A stretch of DNA of 64,000 bases from positions 25,842 through 89,841 of the forward strand of contig JASFTK010000001.1 in NCBI GenBank assembly GCA_050053595.1. The letters run 5' to 3'. The stretch comes from Candidatus Bathyarchaeota archaeon (lineage in GTDB: Archaea; Thermoproteota; Bathyarchaeia; TCS64). Position 1 is the first letter of the stretch, and every line of letters begins with the position of its first letter. The position numbers and the translations under genes are program-made. Shown here piece after piece: positions 56,643 through 64,000 of this stretch. The notes under the pieces were generated by a model. The model was not told the DNA's origin, made no database searches, and saw only the letters and a program-made list of their open reading frames with translations.

Positions 56643-58334
56643 ATGGTTGAGATGTCCGGTGCCAAGGCTTTCGTCGAGGCCTTAGGATTGGAGGGAGTCA
56701 AGACCTTGTTCGGGGTCACAGGTGGCGCAGTCCTGCCAATCTGCGATGAACTCTGGGACAGCGACCTCAGGTTTATCATGGCGCGACACGAACAGGGAGC
56801 AGCTCATATGGCCGACGGCTTCGCTAGGGCCAGTGGCTCAGTGGGGGTCTGTCTGGCAACATCCGGGCCTGGGGCGACTAACCTGATCACGGGGATAGCT
56901 ACTGCCAATATAGATTCCTCTCCTGTTGTAGCCTTCACGGGTCAGGTCCCTCTGTCAATGGTGGGGACCGATGCGTTCCAAGAGGTGGATATCATCGGTA
57001 TATCGGCGTCTGCCACCAAGTATAACGTCCAGGTCAGGCGTCCGGCTGATATTCCCCTTGCGGTTAAATCAGCGTTCCACATCGCGTCCACTGGACGCCA
57101 AGGCGCCGTCTTGGTTGACCTTCCCAAGGATTGCCAGATCAACATCGAAGATATGGAGTTCCCCGAGGAGGTATCCTTCAGGGGTTACAAGGTCGATTTA
57201 GCGCCTAACCCCAGAGAGTTGGAATGGGCAGCGACATTGTTAGCTAAATCCCAGAGACCCGTCATCATTGCGGGGGGTGGGGTCATCGCCTCGGACGCCT
57301 CTGAGGAGCTGATGAGTGTCGCCGAGATGCTCATGGCGCCGGTGGTCACAAGTCTCATGGGCAAGGGAGTGGTCCCCAGCGATCACCCGCTGTTCGCGGG
57401 GCTATGTGGTATGCATGGGACTGGAGAGGCAAACCTACTGGTCTCGGACGCCGATGTCCTCCTGGTGGTGGGTTCCCGTTTCAGCGACAGGACAACCGCA
57501 CGACTAGAGGACTTCAGCCCTTACTCCAAGATCATCCATATCGACATCGACAAGAGCGAGATCGACAAGAACGTCGAGACGGTGACCCGTGTCATCGGGG
57601 ACGCCAAACTCGCACTACAAGGCATCATCGAACGCCTCAAGAAGTTAAGTTACCAGCCCCGGGCTCACAAGGACTGGCTAAAAAAGATGGATAAATTCAA
57701 GGAACAGTACAAACCCCCTGAGATATCCAACAACCCCCACATGAAAGCCCCCTCCGTTATGAAGGCCCTCCGGAAAGCCCTCCCCCGGGACGCCCTGGTC
57801 ACTACTGAGGTCGGTCAGAACCAGATGTGGGCAGCTCTCTATTTCGACGTCTATGCACCCCGTACGTTCTTCAGCTCGGGGGGTCTGGGGACCATGGGCT
57901 GGGGTTTCCCCGCTGCAATCGGGATTAAAGCCGCGAGGCCAGAGCTTCCGGTGGTGGATATCGCGGGGGACGGTAGCTTCAGCATGACCGAGAACAACCT
58001 CGCGACCTGTGTCGAGGAGGAGCTACCGGTGATAGTCGTCGTCCTCAATAACAAGATGTTGGGGATGGTGGCCCAATGGCAGAGGCTCTTCTACGGTCGT
58101 AGGTACATGGCCGTAGAACTTGGCGAGTCCCCTGACTTCGTAAAGCTCGCTGAGGCTTATGGCGCCGTGGGTGTCAGGCCGGAGACTATCGAGGAGTTTG
58201 AGAAGGCGGTGGGGATAGCTGTCAAGGACGAGGTGACGACGGTGATTGATGTACCTATTGACCCTGAGGAGAACGTCTTCCCTATGGTGCCACCGGGGAA
58301 AGGGCTCAGGGACATCCTTGTGGAGGCGGACTGA
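56643..58334 (+). CDS. ilvB: Acetolactate synthase large subunit
   Basis: RHEQGA, TSGPGATN, GTDAFQE and ThDP motif GDGSF..N. Confidence 0.96.
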   Translation: MVEMSGAKAFVEALGLEGVKTLFGVTGGAVLPICDELWDSDLRFIMARHEQGAAHMADGFARASGSVGVCLATSGPGATNLITGIATANIDSSPVVAFTGQVPLSMVGTDAFQEVDIIGISASATKYNVQVRRPADIPLAVKSAFHIASTGRQGAVLVDLPKDCQINIEDMEFPEEVSFRGYKVDLAPNPRELEWAATLLAKSQRPVIIAGGGVIASDASEELMSVAEMLMAPVVTSLMGKGVVPSDHPLFAGLCGMHGTGEANLLVSDADVLLVVGSRFSDRTTARLEDFSPYSKIIHIDIDKSEIDKNVETVTRVIGDAKLALQGIIERLKKLSYQPRAHKDWLKKMDKFKEQYKPPEISNNPHMKAPSVMKALRKALPRDALVTTEVGQNQMWAALYFDVYAPRTFFSSGGLGTMGWGFPAAIGIKAARPELPVVDIAGDGSFSMTENNLATCVEEELPVIVVVLNNKMLGMVAQWQRLFYGRRYMAVELGESPDFVKLAEAYGAVGVRPETIEEFEKAVGIAVKDEVTTVIDVPIDPEENVFPMVPPGKGLRDILVEAD

Positions 58335-58828
58335 TGGAGCAGCGCTATACCATCGCCTTCCTCGTTGAGAACAAGCCTGGGGTCCTCTTCAACGTCTCCA
58401 ACATGTTCCGGCGGCGGGGCTTCAACATTGAGAGCATCTCGGTGGGCCCCGTAGTGGAGAGTGATGTCGCCCGGATGACGGCGACAGTCGAGGCCGACAG
58501 CAGGGAACTGAACCAGATCGTCCTCCAACTTGAGAAGATGGTTGAAGTCATCAAGGTTAAACGCCTCGACCCGATGCGCAGTATCATGAGGGAGATGCTC
58601 CTCATCAAGCTGGACACCTCAGACCCCATGGCCAGGGAGGAGACCCTTAAGCACGTGAACACCTACCATGGTCTCATCCTCCACATAGACCCAGAATCAA
58701 TAATCGCTGAGGTGACAGGGGACCCCGAGGCCATAAACCAATTCATAAAGGTAACCCGACCGATAGGCATCAAAGAGCTATCTAGGACGGGGGTCACGGC
58801 ACTCGAGAAGGGGAGGCTCAAACTATAG
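58334..58828 (+). CDS. ilvN: Acetolactate synthase small (regulatory) subunit
   Basis: ENKPGVL and FRRRGFNIESI ACT domain. Confidence 0.95.
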   Translation: MEQRYTIAFLVENKPGVLFNVSNMFRRRGFNIESISVGPVVESDVARMTATVEADSRELNQIVLQLEKMVEVIKVKRLDPMRSIMREMLLIKLDTSDPMAREETLKHVNTYHGLILHIDPESIIAEVTGDPEAINQFIKVTRPIGIKELSRTGVTALEKGRLKL

Positions 58829-58840
58829 GAGTGAATTGAG

Positions 58841-59827
58841 ATGGTGAAAGTATACCACGACCAAGACATAGACGAGAAGGCGCTAGAAGGCAAGAAGGTA
58901 GCCGTCATCGGGTACGGCAGTCAGGGGAGAGCCCAGGCCCTGAATATGAGGGACTCAGGGGTCGATGTCATTGTCGGCCTGAGGCCTGGGAGGTCATGGG
59001 AGAAGGCGGAGGCTGATGGCATGAGGGTTGAAACGGTCATCGACGCCGCAACAGAGGCGGATATAATGCTGATGTTGATCCCGGATATGGCTCAGCCCAC
59101 GGTCTACAAGGAGGAGGTCGCCCTCGCCCTCAAACCCGGGAAGACCCTCCAGTTCGCCCACGGGTTCAACATCCACTTCGGTCAGATCGAACCCCCTAAA
59201 GGCGTAGACGTCGTGATGGTGGCTCCTAAAGCCCCTGGCCCCGAGATGCGCCGCCAGTACGAGGAGGGCTTTGGGGTCCCGAGTCTGATCGCAGTTGCCC
59301 AAGACGCTACTGGACAAGCCAAAGAAACAGTCCTCGCTATCGCGAAGGCTCTGGGTTCCGGCCGGGCTGGAGTCATAGAGACCACTTTCAAGGATGAGAC
59401 TGAGAGCGACCTCTTCGGGGAGCAGTCGGTCCTCTGCGGGGGAGTCGACCAGCTCATCCGCCGGGGCTTCAAGGTCCTCACCGAGGCCGGATATCCACCT
59501 GAACTCTCTTACTTCGAAGTGTTGAACGAGTTGAAGCTCATTGTCGACCTCATCTACAAGGTTGGGATAAGTGGGATGTACGCTGCGGTCTCGGATACCG
59601 CAAAATTCGGCGGTATGTCCATGGGGCCCAAGATTGTAGACGACCGTGTCGAGGAGAATATGCGGAAAGCCCTCAGAGCGGTCCAGGACGGGAGCTTCGC
59701 AGAGAAGTGGATCGACGAGTACAAGGCTGGGTCCAAGGAGTTTACCCGCCTGTACGAGGAGTGCAAGAACCTGGAGATCGAGAAGGTTGGCAGAGAGGTC
59801 CGGCGGATGTCTGGCCTTGAGAAGTAA
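58841..59827 (+). CDS. ilvC: Ketol-acid reductoisomerase
   Basis: IGYGSQG, HGFNI, MVAPKAPG and DLFGEQ.VLCGG motifs. Confidence 0.97.
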   Translation: MVKVYHDQDIDEKALEGKKVAVIGYGSQGRAQALNMRDSGVDVIVGLRPGRSWEKAEADGMRVETVIDAATEADIMLMLIPDMAQPTVYKEEVALALKPGKTLQFAHGFNIHFGQIEPPKGVDVVMVAPKAPGPEMRRQYEEGFGVPSLIAVAQDATGQAKETVLAIAKALGSGRAGVIETTFKDETESDLFGEQSVLCGGVDQLIRRGFKVLTEAGYPPELSYFEVLNELKLIVDLIYKVGISGMYAAVSDTAKFGGMSMGPKIVDDRVEENMRKALRAVQDGSFAEKWIDEYKAGSKEFTRLYEECKNLEIEKVGREVRRMSGLEK

Positions 59828-59873
59828 CTCCAAAACCCTTTTTATACCTCTATATTAATTGAAGAGATTCAAT

Positions 59874-60914
59874 ATGTGTCAGCTTGCTGCTTACGTCGGG
59901 GAGAGGCCTATCGCGCCCTTACTTCTAAGGGCATTAGAGCTCCAGGAACCCTATTACGCAGGCCATGCCACGGGGTTGGGAGTGATCAACGGGGACTCCC
60001 TTGAGGTGGTTAAAGACAGCGGCCCGGTCGCGAAGGTCAAGCAGTCCACTGAGATAAGTTCCTTGGAGGCAACTGCGGGGATTGCCCACAGCAGGTACAA
60101 CGCCAAAGCCAGAGATGATGCACGGTACAACGCTAGGGAGATGGCCCACCCCTTCCTGAACGACAGCCGTGATCTCGCACTGATGCACAACGGTACTATC
60201 TACAACTACAAGGAGCACTGGACCCGCCTCAAGGAGAGTCACGCCTTCCAGTCCTATGTGGAGGAGATCGACAGCATCACGGACAGCGAGGTCGCCGTCC
60301 ACATGCTCAGTGATGCATTGGAAGAGGGTATATCGATGGGGGAAGCCCTCAGGAGCGTCACCACAAGACTCATCGGAGGATTCCTCTTAGCTGCCATAAC
60401 CCCCGAACACCCCGAGACCGTCTGGATCGCCAACTGGTTTCAACCCTGCGTCGTGGCGGTGGGAGATGATGAGACAATGTTCTGCAGCAGCAGAATTGGC
60501 TTCCACGATGTCCACGACGAGCTGGACAGGGTTTTCGAGCCTCCGAGGAACAGCATCCTGAAGTTGACCCCGGGGAAGGTCGAGGTGACCACCATGGACC
60601 CAGACCGCAGGGTTCTAGATTGGGAGATGGACGAGGGGAAGGCGGCGGAACTCATCATCAAGGCATTGAAGGAGGAGAAGGAACTCGGGATAAACAAACT
60701 GAACAACACCCTCTACCCCGCTGGTTGGGCCGAGATCTTCAGCGTGTCTCCGGAGACCTTCGATAAGGAGTACAAGAGAGGGTTCCGGTATGTCAACGAA
60801 TACTTCGCCTTCATGGACAAACTCGTTAAGGACGGCTTCATCCGGGAGAGGATCGCAATGAAGGATGAGGGTGGTTTCCCCTACACCCCCAGATTCACTT
60901 ACTCCATAGCCTGA
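59874..60914 (+). CDS. Stand-alone class II (Ntn) glutamine amidotransferase-like protein with an extra C-terminal domain
   Basis: Met-Cys start (MCQL), IAHSRY, HPF, HNG.I.NY and TDSEV motifs. Confidence 0.85.
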   Translation: MCQLAAYVGERPIAPLLLRALELQEPYYAGHATGLGVINGDSLEVVKDSGPVAKVKQSTEISSLEATAGIAHSRYNAKARDDARYNAREMAHPFLNDSRDLALMHNGTIYNYKEHWTRLKESHAFQSYVEEIDSITDSEVAVHMLSDALEEGISMGEALRSVTTRLIGGFLLAAITPEHPETVWIANWFQPCVVAVGDDETMFCSSRIGFHDVHDELDRVFEPPRNSILKLTPGKVEVTTMDPDRRVLDWEMDEGKAAELIIKALKEEKELGINKLNNTLYPAGWAEIFSVSPETFDKEYKRGFRYVNEYFAFMDKLVKDGFIRERIAMKDEGGFPYTPRFTYSIA

Positions 60915-60937
60915 ATATTTAGGCCATCCTAAATATT
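60914..60937. promoter_or_regulatory. DtxR/SirR-type operator palindrome
   Basis: Perfect inverted repeat AATATTTAGG-ccat-CCTAAATATT overlapping the start of the TATA region of the dtxR-feo operon. Confidence 0.78.
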
Positions 60938-60970
60938 TATATATTATATCTCATCATTTCATCCGATTAC

Positions 60971-61708
60971 ATGAGCAGCGAAAGCGTCGAGGAATACCTA
61001 GAAGCCATATACGCCTTCAACGAGGAGGGTAAGGTGGCCAAGAACACACAGCTGGCCAAGAGGCTCAAAGTCGCGCCTCCCAGTGTAACACAGATGGTCA
61101 AGAAGCTCGCTGAGGAAGGCCTCGTGGAATACAAGCCCTACAAGGGGGTCGCCTTAACCGGGAAAGGTATGGCTATGGCCCAGAAAGTGGTCAGGAAACA
61201 CCGGTTGCTGGAGAGGTTTCTTCACGATACCCTCGGTATGGACAAGGACAAGATCCATGAGGAGGCCTGCAGGATGGAGCACAGTCTCTCCGATGAGGCC
61301 GCCCTCGCCCTCTGCAAGGCACTCGAGAACCCCGAGACCTGCCCCGACGACCTTAAAGCCCTCCCCCCCTGCCCCCTAGACATAGAAGACTGCGAGGAGT
61401 GCGTAGCCGCCAGACCTGAAGGCACCATGGATCTACTCACTGAACTATCTAACCTCAAACCCGGCGAGGAAGGGAGGGTCGCCTTCATCAGGGCCGGAAC
61501 TAGCGCCTGTCAACGCCTCCTCGATATGGGTCTAACCCGAGGAGCCAAAGTCCAAGTACTGAACGCCGCTCCTTTCCAAGGCCCCATCGAAGTCAGCATC
61601 AGGGGCTCCTCCCTCGCTCTAGGCAGGGGTCTAGCCTCCAAGGTATTCGTCGAAGTCGCTAACGGAGTTGAGAAAGTCATCGCACACCCACACGGCCCCC
61701 ATCACTAG
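60971..61708 (+). CDS. DtxR/MntR-family metal-dependent regulator with C-terminal FeoA domain
   Basis: EEYLEAIY, PSVTQMVKKL, RKHRLLE.FL, EAC.MEH; FeoA RLLDMGL..G..V. Confidence 0.93.
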   Translation: MSSESVEEYLEAIYAFNEEGKVAKNTQLAKRLKVAPPSVTQMVKKLAEEGLVEYKPYKGVALTGKGMAMAQKVVRKHRLLERFLHDTLGMDKDKIHEEACRMEHSLSDEAALALCKALENPETCPDDLKALPPCPLDIEDCEECVAARPEGTMDLLTELSNLKPGEEGRVAFIRAGTSACQRLLDMGLTRGAKVQVLNAAPFQGPIEVSIRGSSLALGRGLASKVFVEVANGVEKVIAHPHGPHH

Positions 61709-61735
61709 GTCTGGATTGTAGTAGGGGTACCAAGA

Positions 61736-63739
61736 TTGGGTAATATCCGGTCTCATGGTTTTTCACACGATGGATCTCGACATGGCCGTAGAAGGGGGGA
61801 GGACGAGCGCAAGCCCCTGAAGGTCGCCTTAGCGGGTAATGCCAACGTCGGGAAGAGCGTCATCTTCAACGAGCTCACGGGGCTCCACCAGCACGTTGGG
61901 AACTGGCCGGGAAAGACCGTGGAACGGGCCGAGGGCACCCTGGGGTTCCAAGGTCGTACCATAGACGTCCTAGATCTCCCAGGCATCTACAGCCTCTCCA
62001 CCTACAGCATCGAGGAACTGGTTAGCCGGGAGTACATCGCCGTCGATAGGCCCGATGTCCTGGTGAATGTCGTCGACGCCTCTACCCTGGAGAGGAACCT
62101 GTTCTTCACCCTCCAACTCTTGGAGCTTGAGCCCCGTATGGTCATCGCTCTCAACCAGATGGACGTCGCCGAGAAGAAGGGGATCAGGATAGACACCGAG
62201 AAGCTCTCAAAGGAACTGGGGGTCCCCGTCATCCCGACTGTGGCGGTGAAAGGCATAGGCCTCAAGGAATTGATGTCCGTAGTAGTAGAGATCGCCGAGG
62301 AAGATAGCGAACCCGCTGTCCCAATACTCTACGGACCAGAGGTCGAGGGGAGGCTCAGCGGGCTTGCTGAGAAGCTCAAGGGTTTAGATTCCCCCTACCC
62401 CACACGGTGGCTCGCCATCAAGCTCTTGGAGAGGGATGAGGAGATAGAGAAAACCGTCTATCCTGTCATGCCCCTGGTCGAGGGGGTGGTTGAGGAACTA
62501 TCCAGGGAGATCGGGGGGATCCACGGCCACGACGCCCCCAGCGTCCTAGCTTCCGAGAGATACGCCGTCGCGAACGGGGTTGCCTCCGCCGTCACGACCC
62601 ACCACGACCCTGAACGGGGGCCAGGGTTAAGGGTCAAGGAGCTCACATCCCACCCGGTGCTGGGTTACGTCTTTATGTTCGCCGTGATACTGGCCGTCTT
62701 CTACACCATATTCTCTTTTGGGGATTACACCACCGCCCTTTTAGAGTCGCTTTTCGGAGCCCTACGGGCGGTCTATGAGGGGTGGCTGGGTGTGGGGCCT
62801 GTCCAGACCTTTGTGTGGGAGGGGATCATCGAGGGTGTCGTGGCCGGGGTCACCATCGCCCTCCCCTATATCGTCCCGTTCTATCTGGTTCTGTCGGTGT
62901 TGGAGGACTCGGGGTATCTTGCTAGGATCGCTTTCCTGATGGACTCGGCGATGCACCGTATGGGGCTCCACGGGAAGGGTTTCATCCCCTTGATGTTGGG
63001 TTTCGGTTGCAGCGTCCCAGCGACCCTGGGGTGCAGGATCATGGAGACCGAGAGGGAGCGTCTCATCTGTGCCCTTACTGCGACCTTGATACCCTGTGCC
63101 GCCCGGAGCGTCGTTATCATGGGGTTAGTGGCTGAATATGTCGGCTTCGAGTGGGCTGTAGCCCTCTATCTTATGGATTTCGCCCTCATCTTCTTGCTGG
63201 GCCGGGTCGCCTTCAAAGCGCTCCCCGGTGAGCCGATGGGGCTTATCATGGAGATGCCTTCCTATCGTATGCCCTCGTTGAACGTGACCCTCAGGAGGTC
63301 TTGGATAAAGCTGGAGCACTTTGTCAAGGAGGCCTTCCCCATCATGGTGGCTGGTAACTTAGTTATCCAGATAGCGAAACAGCTCGGGTTACTGGAGACG
63401 GTGCAATGGATATTGAGGCCGGTCACGGTAGGCTGGCTCGGGCTGCCTGCTGCTGCAGGTGTCACCCTGATATTCGGGGTGCTGCGGAAGGAGCTAACCC
63501 TGATCCTGTTAGCCTCGATGTTGGGGACCGCAAACTTCGCCCAGATCCTGACCCCGGTACAGATGTTCGTCTTCTCATTCGTGGTGATGATCTATGTCCC
63601 ATGTATCGCCACCATAGGGGCCCTCGTCAAGGAGTTCGGCTACTGGAAAGCCGCCCTCATCAGCCTCACTGAGATCGGTCTAGCCCTAGCGCTGGGAGGC
63701 GTTATGTATAGGGCTATTACTGTCCTAGGCCTCCTTTAG
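61736..63739 (+). CDS. feoB: Ferrous iron transporter FeoB
   Basis: GNANVGKS, VGNWPGKTV, DLPG.YSL, GFGC.VP and YVPC motifs. Confidence 0.96.
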   Translation: MGNIRSHGFSHDGSRHGRRRGEDERKPLKVALAGNANVGKSVIFNELTGLHQHVGNWPGKTVERAEGTLGFQGRTIDVLDLPGIYSLSTYSIEELVSREYIAVDRPDVLVNVVDASTLERNLFFTLQLLELEPRMVIALNQMDVAEKKGIRIDTEKLSKELGVPVIPTVAVKGIGLKELMSVVVEIAEEDSEPAVPILYGPEVEGRLSGLAEKLKGLDSPYPTRWLAIKLLERDEEIEKTVYPVMPLVEGVVEELSREIGGIHGHDAPSVLASERYAVANGVASAVTTHHDPERGPGLRVKELTSHPVLGYVFMFAVILAVFYTIFSFGDYTTALLESLFGALRAVYEGWLGVGPVQTFVWEGIIEGVVAGVTIALPYIVPFYLVLSVLEDSGYLARIAFLMDSAMHRMGLHGKGFIPLMLGFGCSVPATLGCRIMETERERLICALTATLIPCAARSVVIMGLVAEYVGFEWAVALYLMDFALIFLLGRVAFKALPGEPMGLIMEMPSYRMPSLNVTLRRSWIKLEHFVKEAFPIMVAGNLVIQIAKQLGLLETVQWILRPVTVGWLGLPAAAGVTLIFGVLRKELTLILLASMLGTANFAQILTPVQMFVFSFVVMIYVPCIATIGALVKEFGYWKAALISLTEIGLALALGGVMYRAITVLGLL

Positions 63740-63802
63740 ACCCCCCCCCCGCCCCTGCAGGTCCCCGGATGAATGATGAATAATCGTCCTGTTACGGCCC
63801 TC

Positions 63803-64000
63803 TCAGACCACTATCATCGTCAGAGTGCTGTGTACCTTGTCCAAATGTCTGATCTTGAGGCTGATAGCGTCTTTCAACTCCTGCATCGTAGGGGTCTCGA
63901 CGATGGCGATTATGTCGTAGACCCCGTAGACCACATGGGTTTCCTTGACCTCGGGGATGGGCCTGAGATCGCTGAGCACCTCTTCCTCGGCGCCTACCTC
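63803..64000 (-). CDS. Lrp/AsnC ligand-binding (RAM) domain protein, 5' end outside the window
   Basis: EVGAEEEVL..L..IPEVKETHVVYGVYDII...IRHLDKVHSTLTMIVV*. Confidence 0.85.
   Translation of the reverse strand, partial: EVGAEEEVLSDLRPIPEVKETHVVYGVYDIIAIVETPTMQELKDAISLKIRHLDKVHSTLTMIVV

Noticed and set aside
58994..59833. 279-aa antisense ORF over ilvC, and many similar shadow ORFs
   Set aside because: Expected from GC-rich codon bias; no motifs; fully overlaps well-supported genes
63741..63750. C10 homopolymer after feoB
   Set aside because: Intergenic between convergent genes; no basis for phase variation
1..64000. tRNA, rRNA, transposase, integrase, or Sec/Pyl read-through
   Set aside because: I noticed no cloverleaf or rRNA signatures, no mobile-element ORFs and no gene interrupted by a single in-frame TGA/TAG; tRNAscan-SE and Infernal would be needed to exclude them formally

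Overview
Archaeal chromosomal window, densely coding, with many TTG/GTG starts. It is most consistent with a TACK-lineage archaeon, probably Bathyarchaeia; this is an inference from eL13, eS19, Spt5, pantoate kinase/phosphopantothenate synthetase, archaeal-type AlaRS/LeuRS and an OST3/OST6-family protein. Housekeeping blocks: ndk; nadC-nadA; nth; rpl12-alaS-leuS; rps19e..ftsY-secE; spt5-rpl11-rpl1-rpl10; aIF-1A; rpl13-rps9-rpl13e; PoK/PPS; thrC; ilvBNC; dtxR-feoA/feoB. These are interspersed with peptide, amide and D-amino-acid catabolic enzymes (M55, two D-aminoacylases, M81/MlrC, M20, M24-fold, DDAH, acetamidase) and four MFS transporters. I saw no rRNA, tRNA, CRISPR array or transposase. 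Main observations: (1) a locus joining an N-domain-less Pelota/aRF1 paralog, a ~160-nt structured intergenic RNA candidate (with a sibling at 15.06 kb) and a degenerate M24-fold protein; (2) an eL13 carrying an eL15-like C-terminal tail; (3) a eukaryote-like OSTC/DC2 oligosaccharyltransferase subunit; (4) an apparent ~11.8-kb inversion separating rpl10 from rpl12; (5) aIF6 missing from its usual operon; (6) several genes apparently starting at non-canonical codons; (7) two frameshifted genes. Product calls come from motif recognition only; no database searches were run.
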